Below are positions 52,738-64,000 of a stretch of 64,000 nucleotides of DNA, in pieces. The translations under genes and the position numbers were made by a program. A model generated the notes under the pieces. That model was given only the letters and a program-made list of their open reading frames with translations, did not search any database and had not been told where the DNA came from. Each line of letters opens with the position of its first letter. Position 1 is the first letter of the stretch. Source of the stretch: Gammaproteobacteria bacterium (lineage in GTDB: Bacteria > Pseudomonadota > Gammaproteobacteria > Eutrophobiales > Eutrophobiaceae); assembly GCA_028281365.1 (NCBI GenBank), contig JANQJZ010000013.1:3632-67631 (forward strand), read 5' to 3'.

Positions 52738-52743
52738 ATCATA

Positions 52744-53247
52744 ATGGAAAGATTAATTGAAAAAACCCTTTTTGCCAGCCGTTGGTTACTTGCACCTATA
52801 TTCCTCGGGCTCTCACTGGCATTAATTGCATTAATAATAAAATTCTTCGAAGAATTATTTCATACACTTACTACGATATTATCGTTGAGTGAAGCTGAAT
52901 TGATTTTACATATACTTTCTATGATTGACATGGCATTGGTCGGTAGTTTAATCGTGATGGTTATGTTCAGTAGTTATGAAAACTTTGTTTCCAAAATTGA
53001 TTTGGAAGAAGGAGCTGAAAAACTGGACTGGTTAGGAAAACTGGATTCAGGAAGTCTAAAACTTAAAGTTGCTGCATCAATTGTAGCGATTTCTTCGATC
53101 CATCTTTTACAAAAATTTATGGAAGTACAAACCATTCCTGATAATAAGTTAATGTGGTACGTCATAATACATATGACCTTTGTCATCTCTGCACTCATGC
53201 TTGCTTTCCTGGATAAGATAGCTTTTGCTGAGCATCGGGAACATTAA
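52744..53247 (+). CDS. YqhA family (UPF0114) inner membrane protein
   Basis: 167 aa, 4 TM. YqhA-like N-terminus ([15 protein letters not shown]). Confidence 0.7.
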   Translation: MERLIEKTLFASRWLLAPIFLGLSLALIALIIKFFEELFHTLTTILSLSEAELILHILSMIDMALVGSLIVMVMFSSYENFVSKIDLEEGAEKLDWLGKLDSGSLKLKVAASIVAISSIHLLQKFMEVQTIPDNKLMWYVIIHMTFVISALMLAFLDKIAFAEHREH

Positions 53248-53255
53248 GTAGCGTA

Positions 53256-53945
53256 CTATCTGAACAAGTTATATTTTACAATGCAGTAAACAGCCCGGAC
53301 ACCATCTTTCCAGTTAATCTTCTTACCCTCCTGGTAGGTACGGCCATAATAAGAGATACCGACTTCGTAGATACGGCAATTAAGCTTCGCTACCTTTGCT
53401 GTTAATTCCGGCTCCATACCAAAACCGTTTTCCTCTATTTCAATTTGATCAATGATTTCCTTTTTAAACGCCTTATAACACGTCTCCATATCAGTTAAAT
53501 TGAGATTACTAAACATATTGGATAAAAATGTTAAAAAACCATTACCCATCCTATGCCAAAAATATAATACCCGATGAGCACTACCTGATATAAAACGCGA
53601 ACCGTAAACTACATCAGCCCTGCCTTCTTCAATTGGTTTCATTAACCATTCATATTCGTTTGGATCGTATTCAAGATCAGCATCCTGAATAATAACCACA
53701 TCACCGGAAGCTTCTTTTAGCCCAGTACGTATCGCTGCACCTTTTCCCTGGTTACTATCATGCAGGATTAAGTTATCTATCTTGTCTTTTAAATCGTTTT
53801 CAAGAATTTCACGGGTGCCATCTGATGAACAATCATCAACAACAATGATCTCCAAATCTGACCATGTGCAATTACGTACCGCATTGATGATCTCATTAAT
53901 AGTCGGCTTTTCGTTATAACAAGGAATTATGACTGACAATTTCAT
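53256..53945 (-). CDS. Family 2 glycosyltransferase (polyprenyl-phosphate sugar transferase-like)
   Basis: 229 aa. VIIPCYNE and DDCSSDGT (DxD-type) motifs. Confidence 0.8.
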   Translation of the reverse strand: MKLSVIIPCYNEKPTINEIINAVRNCTWSDLEIIVVDDCSSDGTREILENDLKDKIDNLILHDSNQGKGAAIRTGLKEASGDVVIIQDADLEYDPNEYEWLMKPIEEGRADVVYGSRFISGSAHRVLYFWHRMGNGFLTFLSNMFSNLNLTDMETCYKAFKKEIIDQIEIEENGFGMEPELTAKVAKLNCRIYEVGISYYGRTYQEGKKINWKDGVRAVYCIVKYNLFR

Positions 53946-54001
53946 GTCTATATCTTTTTATAACCGTATATAAATGTCTATAGTTTTTTATTTCAGAAAA
54001 T

Positions 54002-54029
54002 AAAAAACCGGAGCAAGCTCCGGTTTTTT
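54002..54029. terminator. Bidirectional rho-independent terminator (aaaaaaccggagc aag ctccggtttttt)
   Basis: Perfect 9-bp GC-rich stem with a 3-nt loop flanked by A6 and T6 runs. Immediately downstream of aceA. Confidence 0.85.
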
Positions 54030-54050
54030 AGTTCAAATAATTTTTAACAA

Positions 54051-55382
54051 TTATTTTGCTTCAGCAACATCATCAAACTGAGCTTCTTCCGTAGAACCGG
54101 TTAAAGCGGTAACTGAAGAAGAGCCACCCTGGATAACAGTGGTGACATCATCAAAATATCCAGCGCCGACTTCCTGCTGATGAGAAACGAAAGTATAACC
54201 TCTTTCGCGGCCTTCAAACTCAGGTTCCTGGACCATCTCGGTATAATGCTTCATACCTTCACCACGCGCATAATGATAGGCAAGGTCGAAAGTACGATAC
54301 CAATTCAAGTGAATACCCGCCAGGGTAATAAACTGGAATTTATAACCAAGATCAGACAATTCATCCTGGAAGGTAGCAATTTGAGCATCGCTTAAGTTTT
54401 TCTTCCAGTTGAAAGAAGGTGAACAGTTATACGACATGATTTGGCCCGGACATGCAGCCTGTACAGCTTGTGCAAATTCACGGGCAAAACCAATATCAGG
54501 CGTACCCGTTTCACACCATACCAGATCGGCATATGGTGCATAAGCAATGCCACGGCTTATCGCCTGTTCCAGACCATTCTTTACACGATAGAAACCTTCA
54601 TCAGTTCTTTCTCCAGTCAAGAATGGTTTATCATTTTCATCAAAATCACTGGTGATAAGATTTGCAGCTTCTGCATCGGTACGAGCCAGGACGATTGTTG
54701 GTACACCCATAACATCTGCGGCTAAACGCGCAGCTATCAGTTTTTGTACCGCTTCCTGAGTTGGAACCAGTACCTTACCACCCATGTGACCACATTTTTT
54801 AACAGCAGCCAATTGATCTTCAAAGTGAGCACCAGAAGCACCATTGGCAATCATGTTTTTCATTAATTCATAGGCATTTAGGACACCACCAAAACCGGCT
54901 TCCGCGTCAGCTACGATCGGCAAAAAGTAATCGATAGCATCTTCTTCTTTAATTTTGCCATCAGCAATATTTTTCCACTGGATTTCATCGGCACGCTTGA
55001 AGGTATTGTTGATACGACGAACCATGGTGGGAACAGAATCGTAAGCATACAAGGATTGATCCGGATACATGGTTTCTGACGTATTACCGTCCGCTGCAAC
55101 TTGCCAACCAGAAAGATAAACTGCTTCAAGTCCCGCTTTAGCCTGTTGCATGGCCTGGCCAGCAGTAATGGCACCAAATGCATTTACATAACCTTTCTTG
55201 GCACCACCGTTTACCAGATCCCACAACTTTTCTGCACCACGTCGTGCAAGTGTATGTTCAGGCTGGACACTACCGCGTAGACGTACGACGTCTTCTGCAC
55301 TATAGCCACGTTTTACATTTTTCCAACGTGGGTTATCAGCCCAGTCTTTTTTCAATTGTTTAATTTGTTCCTCTCTGGTCAT
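54051..55382 (-). CDS. aceA: Isocitrate lyase
   Basis: 443 aa. ICL signature KKCGHMGGK and TIM-barrel motifs. Confidence 0.9.
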   Translation of the reverse strand: MTREEQIKQLKKDWADNPRWKNVKRGYSAEDVVRLRGSVQPEHTLARRGAEKLWDLVNGGAKKGYVNAFGAITAGQAMQQAKAGLEAVYLSGWQVAADGNTSETMYPDQSLYAYDSVPTMVRRINNTFKRADEIQWKNIADGKIKEEDAIDYFLPIVADAEAGFGGVLNAYELMKNMIANGASGAHFEDQLAAVKKCGHMGGKVLVPTQEAVQKLIAARLAADVMGVPTIVLARTDAEAANLITSDFDENDKPFLTGERTDEGFYRVKNGLEQAISRGIAYAPYADLVWCETGTPDIGFAREFAQAVQAACPGQIMSYNCSPSFNWKKNLSDAQIATFQDELSDLGYKFQFITLAGIHLNWYRTFDLAYHYARGEGMKHYTEMVQEPEFEGRERGYTFVSHQQEVGAGYFDDVTTVIQGGSSSVTALTGSTEEAQFDDVAEAK

Positions 55383-55852
55383 CAGAAATACATCCTCCCA
55401 AAAATAATAATATTTGTATATAAATCAGCTAGTTACGTGAATATATTACTTGAAATAGCCGATTGGATAAGCAAAAGGGCGCATATCATGCCATTTGTTT
55501 ACAATTCTGTGAATCCCTTCACGGAATATTAACCGAATATCGTCATCAGTAGATTTCAGCTCAATTGAGGAAAAATAATAAAAATTTCAAATAAATAGCA
55601 ATAAAATGGTCCATCTTACTTTTACAGTAGTTTATAAAGTTAAAATTTGGCCTGTTGATTGCAAAATAAAATTTATGAAATAAAAATTAATTAATCCAGT
55701 CGTTGTCTATTACAAAATAGTCAGTAAATACAATGAGATTTAACTTGAATTTTGATTAAAGGGTCACTAAATAAAAGTATGTACATCTAATTACTCAAGT
55801 TATAATAATGATTAATAACCTTATGAAAAAAGTTAGCCGGAGTTGATCAGAG

Positions 55853-56173
55853 ATGTCAGACCACACTGACAATGACTTTGATAATGATTTGGCTGTTCAG
55901 GAAGCCAAACCAAAGCTTAAACGACCCCCATTATATAAAGTCATCTTATTAAATGACGACTACACTCCGATGGATTTTGTTGTTCATATTCTTGAAGCAT
56001 TCTTTTCTATTGATCGCGAGAATGCCACACGAATAATGTTGGAAGTTCACACCAGAGGTAAAGGTGTTTGTGGTATCTTTACCCATGAAATAGCTGAAAC
56101 AAAGGTATCTCAAGTAAATAGTTATTCAAGAGAAAATCAACATCCTTTACTTTGTACAATGGAAAAAGCCTGA
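55853..56173 (+). CDS. clpS: ATP-dependent Clp protease adaptor ClpS
   Basis: 106 aa. ClpS core ([20 protein letters not shown]). Confidence 0.9.
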   Translation: MSDHTDNDFDNDLAVQEAKPKLKRPPLYKVILLNDDYTPMDFVVHILEAFFSIDRENATRIMLEVHTRGKGVCGIFTHEIAETKVSQVNSYSRENQHPLLCTMEKA

Positions 56174-56185
56174 CAGGTAATCACT

Positions 56186-58450
56186 ATGCTCGACAAAGAA
56201 CTAGAACAAACTCTAAATAATGCTTTTCGCGAAGCAAGAGAACAACGTCATGAATTTATGACAGTTGAACATTTATTACTCGCATTACTAGACAATGCAT
56301 CTGCAACAGGTGTTTTAAAAGCATGCGGAGTTAATCTGAACAGTCTGCACACTGACCTTATAAAATTTATCCAGGAAAATTCACCCATCATTGAAGAAGA
56401 TGATGATCGTGATACTCAACCAACACTTGGCTTCCAGCGTGTATTACAACGCGCTGTTTTTCATGTTCAATCATCAGGGAAAAAAGAAGTAACGGGAGCA
56501 AATGTACTGGTTGCAATATTCGGTGAACGTGAATCTCATGCCGCTTACTTTTTAAGTCAACAAAATATTGCCCGGCTGGATGTTGTTAATTATATCTCGC
56601 ATGGTATTGCCAAGATAAATGATGACAGTGATAACGAAGAAAGTATTAATGAAATCGAGGAAGAACAACCGGATGAAGCTGGTACAAACCCCCTCGATGC
56701 CTATGCGGTCAGCCTCAATGAACTGGCTATGCAGGGAAAAATTGATCCGTTGATTGGACGACAGATTGAAATACAACGAACAATTCAAATACTTTGTCGA
56801 AGACGTAAAAATAATCCTTTGTATGTTGGCGAAGCTGGTGTAGGTAAAACAGCAATTGCAGAAGGACTGGCAAAATTGATCGTTGATGGTGATGTCCCCG
56901 ATGTATTAATGGATAGTGAAATTTATGCACTCGACCTGGGCGCACTACTGGCCGGGACAAAATACCGTGGTGATTTTGAAAAACGATTAAAAGGTGTTAT
57001 CGCACAATTAAAGAAACAGGAAGGTGCCATTCTATTTATTGATGAGATACACACCATTATTGGAGCCGGTGCAGCATCCGGTGGTGTTATGGATGCATCG
57101 AATATTATTAAACCGGTACTGGCATCAGGCGAATTAAAATGTATTGGTTCGACCACCTATCAGGAATACCGCGGCATCTTTGAAAAAGATCGTGCACTGG
57201 CAAGACGATTTCAGAAGATTGATGTGATTGAGCCATCCATAGATGAAACAGTCAAGATACTTGAAGGCTTAAAGTCACGTTTCGAGGACCATCATCAAAT
57301 AAGGTATACGCATCAGGCCTTACGTACGGCTGCAGAATTAACAGAACGATATATTAATGATCGTCATTTGCCTGACAAGGCAATAGATGTGATTGATGAA
57401 GCTGGCGCAGCACAACAGTTAGTATCACCTTCAAAACGTAAAAAGACTGTTGGTGTGAATGACATTGAAAACATTGTTGCAAAGATCGCTCGCATTCCTG
57501 CAAAAACTGTCACAACGTCTGACAAGGATGTGATCAAAAATCTTGAACGTAACCTGAAGATGGTTGTGTTTGGTCAGAACGAAGCAATCGGTACGCTGGC
57601 AAATGCCATCAAGATGTCACGCTCGGGCCTGGGCAACCCACAAAGACCTATCGGTAATTTTCTCTTTGCCGGACCCACCGGTGTTGGTAAAACAGAAGTG
57701 ACTCGTCAACTTGCTATACAGATGGGTGTAGAGCTTGTTCGCTTTGATATGTCTGAATATATGGAACGTCATACTGTTTCCAGATTAATTGGCGCACCTC
57801 CCGGCTATGTCGGTTTTGATCAAGGTGGTTTGTTGACCGACGCGATTAATAAGCAACCACATTGCGTTTTATTACTTGATGAAATGGAAAAGGCGCACCC
57901 GGATGTTTTTAACCTGATGTTACAGATCTTTGATCACGGTACATTAACAGATACTAACGGTCGTAAAACCGATTTTCGTAATGTCATTATTGTTATGACG
58001 ACCAATGCCGGTGCTGATCGTATGAGTCGCGCATCAGTAGGGTTTACAACCCAGGATCACAGCGGTGATGCGATGGAAAGTATTAAACAGATGTTCAGTC
58101 CTGAATTTCGAAATCGTCTCGATGCAATTATTCAGTTTAATACTCTGGACAAACGTACAATCGCGAATGTGGTTGATAAATTCCTGATTGAACTTGAATC
58201 TCAACTGGATGAAAAGAAAGTAACGATTGAAGTGACTGATACTGCACGCGAATGGTTTGCCAAACACGGTTATGACAAGATCATGGGTGCACGCCCCATG
58301 TCCCGTTTAATCCAGGATAAAGTAAAACGTCCACTCGCGGAAGAATTACTTTTTGGCAAACTGGAACATGGCGGGCATGTTATTGTCGATCTGAAGAACG
58401 ATAAAATTTCAGTTAAGATTGAGGAGGAAGAATTGGAAGGCGCTGTATAA
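56186..58450 (+). CDS. clpA: ATP-dependent Clp protease ATP-binding subunit ClpA
   Basis: 754 aa. Two AAA+ modules with Walker A GEAGVGKT and GPTGVGKT. N-domain repeats. Confidence 0.95.
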   Translation: MLDKELEQTLNNAFREAREQRHEFMTVEHLLLALLDNASATGVLKACGVNLNSLHTDLIKFIQENSPIIEEDDDRDTQPTLGFQRVLQRAVFHVQSSGKKEVTGANVLVAIFGERESHAAYFLSQQNIARLDVVNYISHGIAKINDDSDNEESINEIEEEQPDEAGTNPLDAYAVSLNELAMQGKIDPLIGRQIEIQRTIQILCRRRKNNPLYVGEAGVGKTAIAEGLAKLIVDGDVPDVLMDSEIYALDLGALLAGTKYRGDFEKRLKGVIAQLKKQEGAILFIDEIHTIIGAGAASGGVMDASNIIKPVLASGELKCIGSTTYQEYRGIFEKDRALARRFQKIDVIEPSIDETVKILEGLKSRFEDHHQIRYTHQALRTAAELTERYINDRHLPDKAIDVIDEAGAAQQLVSPSKRKKTVGVNDIENIVAKIARIPAKTVTTSDKDVIKNLERNLKMVVFGQNEAIGTLANAIKMSRSGLGNPQRPIGNFLFAGPTGVGKTEVTRQLAIQMGVELVRFDMSEYMERHTVSRLIGAPPGYVGFDQGGLLTDAINKQPHCVLLLDEMEKAHPDVFNLMLQIFDHGTLTDTNGRKTDFRNVIIVMTTNAGADRMSRASVGFTTQDHSGDAMESIKQMFSPEFRNRLDAIIQFNTLDKRTIANVVDKFLIELESQLDEKKVTIEVTDTAREWFAKHGYDKIMGARPMSRLIQDKVKRPLAEELLFGKLEHGGHVIVDLKNDKISVKIEEEELEGAV

Positions 58451-58484
58451 GACGCTACTAAAAATGCACTTTTTAGTTTGCGTC
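58451..58484. terminator. Bidirectional hairpin terminator between convergent clpA and argA
   Basis: gacgctactaaaaatgcactttttagtttgcgtc forms a near-perfect stem about 14 bp long. Followed by a T/A-rich run. Confidence 0.6.
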
Positions 58485-58492
58485 TTTAAAAA

Positions 58493-59827
58493 TTAGTTTT
58501 CGTTATTAGTCAGACTTTTAATCAATGCCTTTGAATTGCGTTGATAATCATAAATCTTCTTTTTTTCCACAGGTAACGATTCAATATCTGTTTCAGTAAA
58601 TCCTTTTTCAACAAACCAATGTGCTGTCTGCGTGGTTAAGACTAACAAGGTTTTGGCACCATTTTCGCTAGCGAGTAATTCAAGATAATTGAATAACATA
58701 TCTCCTATTGACTGATTTTGATAATCCGAATGGACGGCCATAGAAGCAATCTCCATTAGCTTTTCATCAGGGTAATTATGTAATGCCGCGCATGCAATTA
58801 CGGTATCATCACGGACTAATACTTTATAATCATTGATATCAGCCTCAATTTTTTCCCGTGATCGTTTTATTAATATGCCTTGTTCCTGCAACGGAAGAAG
58901 TAATTCATAGATACCGCCTACGTCGCTTACCGTCGCCTGACGGGCCATATCGAAAGGTGCACTACTGAGAAGCGTACCAATACCATCGCGGGTAAACAGC
59001 TCTTGCAAAACACCACCTTCGATATTCTTATCAATAAAATGCACACGTTTAACACCTGCCTCACAGGCCTTAATACCAAGTGCCAATGCCGTTACATGTG
59101 TGTCATCAATATTATTACTATATGCCGTACCTAATTTTTCTTTTGCCTGTTCACAGGTTAGTTGCCTGGTGATTTCTTCATTTTCACCTTCTAATTCTTC
59201 AGCAAGACTGAGCATGATCAATTTATCAGCATTAAGGTGAATCGCTACCTGTGAAGCAACGTCTATGGAACTCAAATTAAATATTTCACCTGTCGATGAA
59301 TAACCCAATGGTGTAATCAAAACAATTTCTCCAGTATCCAGTCGTTTACTAATCGTGTCTTTCTCTACACTTCTGACTCTGCCAGTTAATTTAAAATCAA
59401 CACCATTGACTACGCCATAAGGTCTTCCAGTCACATAATTACCTGAAGTGACCTTGATGTCCGATTGTGCCATCGAAGAATTGGGTAATCCCATTGACAA
59501 TAACGCTTCAATCTGAATTTTGACTTCACCGACGGCCTGGATAACGCTACTGATTGATGCTTCATCAGTAACACGTAAAGCTTCAAAATATTCCGGTGTA
59601 ATACTTCTTTCTTTTAATAACGCATCTATCTGCGGCCTGACACCAAAGACAATGACAAGTTTAATACCGAGACTATTTAATAACGCCAGGTCGTGTATTA
59701 AATGAGGGAAATTATCTGAAGCAATAACATCACCGCCAATCTGTAAAACAAACGTTTTACCATAATGGTCCCGAATGTAAGGTGCCGCTCCCCGGAATAA
59801 CTCAACAAAAGTTGATTCATTAGTCAT
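58493..59827 (-). CDS. argA: Amino-acid N-acetyltransferase (N-acetylglutamate synthase)
   Basis: Start taken at MTNESTFVELFRGAAPYI, whose ATG overlaps the argE stop (TAATG). N-terminal amino-acid kinase fold plus C-terminal GNAT domain. Confidence 0.85.
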   Translation of the reverse strand: MTNESTFVELFRGAAPYIRDHYGKTFVLQIGGDVIASDNFPHLIHDLALLNSLGIKLVIVFGVRPQIDALLKERSITPEYFEALRVTDEASISSVIQAVGEVKIQIEALLSMGLPNSSMAQSDIKVTSGNYVTGRPYGVVNGVDFKLTGRVRSVEKDTISKRLDTGEIVLITPLGYSSTGEIFNLSSIDVASQVAIHLNADKLIMLSLAEELEGENEEITRQLTCEQAKEKLGTAYSNNIDDTHVTALALGIKACEAGVKRVHFIDKNIEGGVLQELFTRDGIGTLLSSAPFDMARQATVSDVGGIYELLLPLQEQGILIKRSREKIEADINDYKVLVRDDTVIACAALHNYPDEKLMEIASMAVHSDYQNQSIGDMLFNYLELLASENGAKTLLVLTTQTAHWFVEKGFTETDIESLPVEKKKIYDYQRNSKALIKSLTNNEN

Positions 59828-60981
59828 TATCTTGATCCACAAAAATACGTCAGCATGCTTGAAAGAATACTAACCATTGGTTCAATTCGATCTATTTGTA
59901 AATATTCGTTGGGTTGATGTGCTACATCGATATCGCCGGGGCCAAGGATAACTGTTTCTGAGCCAATGTCATTAAAATATGGCCCTTCTGTAGTAAACGC
60001 GACTGAACTCGCTTTTTCTCCGGTAAATTTTTCACTCATCTTTACAATTTCACTATCACTCGGTGTTTGCATTGCAGGCGTACCATCAAAGCTGGAATTA
60101 AATTCAACCTGCAAATTACTACCTGCTATTGCATCTTCAACAACCTGACGCAGTTCCTGTTTTAATGCGTTTAAATCCATTCCAGGTAACATCCTTAGAT
60201 CAATAGAGAGTTCGCAGTTTGCACAGATTCGATTTGGACTGTCGCCACCTTGTATTCGTCCAAGGTTTAGTGTCGGTACAGGGATATTAAAGTCTTCGTT
60301 TATATTGCTTGCCTGTAAATCGTTACGCCAAACACGTAACGCATTGATCACGTCGTTCATTCCTTCAAGCGCGCTATTACCCAATGATGGATCACTGGAA
60401 TGTCCTGACTGTCCTTGCACGTAAATCGTTTCGATAATAATACCTTTATGCGTATATCTGGGTACAAGCCCTGTCGGTTCGCCAATAATGCAATAACGGC
60501 CTAATGATTTTCCTGCATTATGAATTGCACATGCACCTGACATGGTGCTCTCTTCATCGGCAGTGGCAACGACCGTAAGCGGATGGTCAAATTCAACACC
60601 AGATAATCTCTCCAATGCTTCAAATACAATTGGAAAAAAACACTTCATATCGGCCGTACCAAGACCATAATAATTGCCATTACGCTTTGTCAGCTGAAAG
60701 GGATCCGTGTCCCATCCTTTCTCATCGTAAGGGACGGTATCGGTATGACCCGAAAGAACCAGACCATCACTTCCTTTTCCTCGTCGCGCAACCAGGTTAC
60801 ATTTTTCCGGATTATCGTTAATTATCGTGACGTCACAATCGAAACCCAGTGCCTCGAGATGATTAGCAAGGGTATCAACCACAGCACGATTACTCTGATC
60901 ATGTTTCGGATCGATACTGCTGACCGAAGGTAAACGGATCAGCTCGGCAAAACAGTCTTCAAATTCCGGTGTTTTTCTCAT
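59827..60981 (-). CDS. argE: Acetylornithine deacetylase (M20 family)
   Basis: 384 aa. M20 motifs (SGHTDTVP, GTADMK, ADEESTMSG). Confidence 0.8.
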   Translation of the reverse strand: MRKTPEFEDCFAELIRLPSVSSIDPKHDQSNRAVVDTLANHLEALGFDCDVTIINDNPEKCNLVARRGKGSDGLVLSGHTDTVPYDEKGWDTDPFQLTKRNGNYYGLGTADMKCFFPIVFEALERLSGVEFDHPLTVVATADEESTMSGACAIHNAGKSLGRYCIIGEPTGLVPRYTHKGIIIETIYVQGQSGHSSDPSLGNSALEGMNDVINALRVWRNDLQASNINEDFNIPVPTLNLGRIQGGDSPNRICANCELSIDLRMLPGMDLNALKQELRQVVEDAIAGSNLQVEFNSSFDGTPAMQTPSDSEIVKMSEKFTGEKASSVAFTTEGPYFNDIGSETVILGPGDIDVAHQPNEYLQIDRIEPMVSILSSMLTYFCGSR

Positions 60982-61086
60982 AAATATTCTTTACTGATAC
61001 GACTGACATTGTTATTAAGCTCATGTATTCTAACGCACCTTTTTTATACTTAGCGAATATGATGTATCGATATAGGGTAATTTTAA

Positions 61087-62766
61087 ATGAGTCATAAGTT
61101 GAATAAGTACAGTTCTCGCATCACCGAACCAAAATCCCAGGGCGCATCACAGGCCATGCTTTATGGAACCGGCCTGACCAGGGAAGACATGGACAAGGCC
61201 CAGGTGGGTATCTCAAGTGTTTGGTATGAAGGTAATACCTGCAACATGCATTTACTCGATCTTGCCGAAAAGGTAAAGGAAGGTGTTATTGCTGCCGGAT
61301 TAGTTGGCTTACGTTTCAATACTGTTGGTGTCAGTGATGGTATCTCAATGGGTACGGACGGTATGAGCTTCTCATTACAATCACGGGACCTGATTGCTGA
61401 CTCAATAGAAACAGTGATGTGCGCACAATGGTATGACGCCAATATCTCATTACCCGGTTGTGATAAAAATATGCCGGGTTGTTTAATTGCTATGGGCAGA
61501 TTGAACCGGCCTTCAATCATGATCTATGGCGGAACTATAAAACCCGGTCATTGTGACAATAAAAAGCTGGATGTCATTTCCGCCTTTCAAAGTTATGGCG
61601 AATATATCTCTGGCAGTATTGATGATGAAACGCGTCTGGAAATTGTTAGAAACTCCTGTCCTGGCGCCGGTGCCTGTGGCGGAATGTATACGGCAAATAC
61701 CATGGCTTCTGCCATTGAAGCAATGGGTATGAGTTTACCTTACAGTTCATCCACACCGGCAGTCGATCCACAAAAACTCGAAGAATGTTTTAATGCTGGC
61801 AAAGCAATTAAATATCTTTTAGAGAATGATATAAAACCCTGTGACATCATGACGCGCGATGCGTTCGAAAATGCAATAGTACTCGTTACAGCCTTAGGTG
61901 GATCAACCAATGCCGTATTACACCTGATTGCGATGGCGCGTTCGGTTAACATCGATCTTACCATTGATGACTTTCAGGCAGTCAGTGATCGCATTCCTTA
62001 CCTGGCTGATCTAAAACCCAGTGGCAAATATGTCATGGAAGATTTACATCTTGTTGGTGGAACACCGGCTGTTTTAAAATTCCTGTTAGATAATGATCTT
62101 ATTAATGGCGATTGTTTAACTGTAACGGGTAAAACGTTAAAAGAAAATCTTGCTGACTTACCGGGTCTTAAAGAAGGACAAGACATTATCGCGCCATTAG
62201 ATAAGCCATTAAAAGATACAGGTCATATCCGTATCTTGAAAGGTAATCTCGCACCCGATGGTGCTGTTGCAAAGATTACAGGTAAAGAAGGTCTTGTTTT
62301 TACCGGTCCTGCAAAAGTCTATGACTCTGAAGAAGACATGTTAAAGGCATTGGAAGAGAACAAGATTGAAAAAGGTGATGTCATTATTATTCGTTATGAA
62401 GGACCGAAAGGCGGGCCTGGTATGCCCGAGATGTTGACACCGACATCTGCGATTATGGGTGCTGGTCTCGGACAGGATGTCGCGATGATCACAGATGGCC
62501 GTTTCTCGGGAGGTTCACATGGATTTATCATTGGCCATGTCGTACCTGAAGCTCAGGCAGGTGGTCCTATCGCATTGGTCCAGGATGGTGATGTTGTCAC
62601 TATTAATGCTGAAACAAATGAAATACGTGTTGATGTTGCAGATGATGAACTGGCGTCAAGAAAATCCAAATGGACGATGCCACCTTATAAATCAGATCGT
62701 GGCACCCTGTATAAATATATAAAGAATGTGAAGACCGCTTCTGAAGGTTGTGTGACTGACGAATAA
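61087..62766 (+). CDS. ilvD: Dihydroxy-acid dehydratase
   Basis: 559 aa. ILVD/EDD signatures (CDKNMPG, SLPGCD.., GGPIALV). Confidence 0.9.
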   Translation: MSHKLNKYSSRITEPKSQGASQAMLYGTGLTREDMDKAQVGISSVWYEGNTCNMHLLDLAEKVKEGVIAAGLVGLRFNTVGVSDGISMGTDGMSFSLQSRDLIADSIETVMCAQWYDANISLPGCDKNMPGCLIAMGRLNRPSIMIYGGTIKPGHCDNKKLDVISAFQSYGEYISGSIDDETRLEIVRNSCPGAGACGGMYTANTMASAIEAMGMSLPYSSSTPAVDPQKLEECFNAGKAIKYLLENDIKPCDIMTRDAFENAIVLVTALGGSTNAVLHLIAMARSVNIDLTIDDFQAVSDRIPYLADLKPSGKYVMEDLHLVGGTPAVLKFLLDNDLINGDCLTVTGKTLKENLADLPGLKEGQDIIAPLDKPLKDTGHIRILKGNLAPDGAVAKITGKEGLVFTGPAKVYDSEEDMLKALEENKIEKGDVIIIRYEGPKGGPGMPEMLTPTSAIMGAGLGQDVAMITDGRFSGGSHGFIIGHVVPEAQAGGPIALVQDGDVVTINAETNEIRVDVADDELASRKSKWTMPPYKSDRGTLYKYIKNVKTASEGCVTDE

Positions 62767-63073
62767 TTTAAAAACCTGGTTAATACTTTCTCAAAATATT
62801 GTCGTTAAGCTAAGACACTCTTCAAATTATTGCTAATAGTGTGTTACTTTCAACATATGTAATTATTCAATCTCTGTATTTAAAACTGTGACAGCGGTCA
62901 CACTATAAAACAAATAAGTGTGCGCTGGATAACAAAATAAATACACATTTAGATACTGCTTATGAGATTGGCATCCAAGTTGCGGTGACACTAATCAGTT
63001 TTTTCACTTTTTAATATTGATACAAATATATTGAACAATACTTAGACGCCTGAATATTATCGTGTGGAGTTAG

Positions 63074-63742
63074 ATGGAAACAGAAATTCGTAAAATCTTG
63101 ATTATTGATGATAATGATGATTATCGGAAACTGTTACTAACGCACTTAAATAATTTATTTCCCAATACTGATATTAAAGAATACGATATTCTCAAACACG
63201 GGTTACCCCCACCTAAATTCGATTGGGAAAAATTCGATGTATTAATCCTGGATTACTATTTAGGTGATGATGAAACAGGATTGGACTGGTTCAGGAAATA
63301 TAAGAAATCAGTATATTTTCCTGCTACCGTGATTATAACCGGGATGCATGATGAAGATACTGCAGCATTAGTCCTGAAATCCGGCGTTCATCATTATCTA
63401 AATAAAAAACAACTTACCAAAAATGGAATGTATGAAGCTATTGAAAAGGCATTAGCAGTTCGTGCATCACTCGTTGCAGAATATAATAATCAGATTAATC
63501 TGGAATATGATTTTGATACCTTTTTAACCGGGTATTTAATCAGGATTGAAGAACGACTGACAATTGAGATCCTAAGAGATGCAAAAAGAACTGGTCGTCC
63601 ACCGGACAGATGCTTGATTGATACAGAAATAGAACGGGAACGTCAGGACATCCTGAATTTAAATGATGACCCAACTATCCAGGAAGCTAAAATAGCTCTT
63701 TTGGAAATAGCTACCGAGCATATCAGGAATAAATCGTGGTAA
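63074..63742 (+). CDS. Response regulator receiver-domain protein with uncharacterised C-terminal domain
   Basis: 222 aa. CheY-like N-terminus (KILIIDDNDDYR.., phospho-acceptor Asp in VLILDYYL, conserved Thr/Lys positions). C-terminal 90 aa has no recognised output domain. Confidence 0.6.
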   Translation: METEIRKILIIDDNDDYRKLLLTHLNNLFPNTDIKEYDILKHGLPPPKFDWEKFDVLILDYYLGDDETGLDWFRKYKKSVYFPATVIITGMHDEDTAALVLKSGVHHYLNKKQLTKNGMYEAIEKALAVRASLVAEYNNQINLEYDFDTFLTGYLIRIEERLTIEILRDAKRTGRPPDRCLIDTEIERERQDILNLNDDPTIQEAKIALLEIATEHIRNKSW

Positions 63743-64000
63743 TTATAAAATATAATGTTTCTGTTTGGGTCGAAAGCTGTGATATTACAATAAACATTAA
63801 CTCATCGTAATTCGATATTTTTTTACTTAATGATTTTATCTATCTAGTTACGGAGTCCCTGCGGAAATTTCAACATAATTTTGATAGACCCATACAAATG
63901 CATCATAACCAACAATTACTAATATCGTCATTATTAATGCAAGAGTTAATGTGAAATATAAAAAATTGATTAACTCGTTATCATGTTTATTACTGGTTTC

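Overview
A 64-kb chromosomal segment of a proteobacterium (beta/gamma-like synteny tpiA-secG-tRNA-Leu-nuoA..N, separate nuoC and nuoD, about 40% GC). The window is coding-dense and falls into five parts. (1) A membrane-lipid locus. It holds a PUFA/secondary-lipid synthase pair: pfaD (enoyl reductase) upstream of a window-truncated pfaA carrying three tandem ACP domains. Divergently transcribed from it is a hopanoid biosynthesis cluster (sqs, shc, hpnG, a PhyH-like 2OG oxygenase, hpnN, a CDP-alcohol phosphatidyltransferase, hpnA). (2) A non-canonical Mrp/complex-I antiporter-like module (NuoK/MrpC-like plus three ND2/4/5-family paralogues and a small membrane protein). (3) A copper chaperone pair (SCO1 and PCuAC) plus psd. 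(4) The complete 14-gene nuoA-N operon on the minus strand. Two of its intergenic spacers are filled by MITE/REP-like palindromic repeats. A tRNA-Leu-associated islet (partial tRNA copy, orphan membrane ORF, AT-rich DNA) sits between tRNA-Leu and nuoA. (5) Housekeeping genes: secG, tpiA, an HhH-GPD glycosylase, rluB, scpB, scpA, trpS, tsaC, yciB, yciI, bolA, dapE, a YqhA family protein, a family 2 glycosyltransferase, aceA, clpS, clpA, argA, argE, ilvD and a response regulator. An AT-rich 3.3-kb insertion between bolA and dapE interrupts them. It encodes a Dam-like MTase, a second beta-class MTase and two proteins with no recognisable family (134 and 432 aa). This island is the best candidate for an undescribed restriction or defence system in the window. 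A loosely conserved, structure-bearing intergenic repeat family has at least five copies (about 12.0, 29.3, 36.4, 39.5 and 45.1 kb). No CRISPR array, rRNA or transposase was seen.
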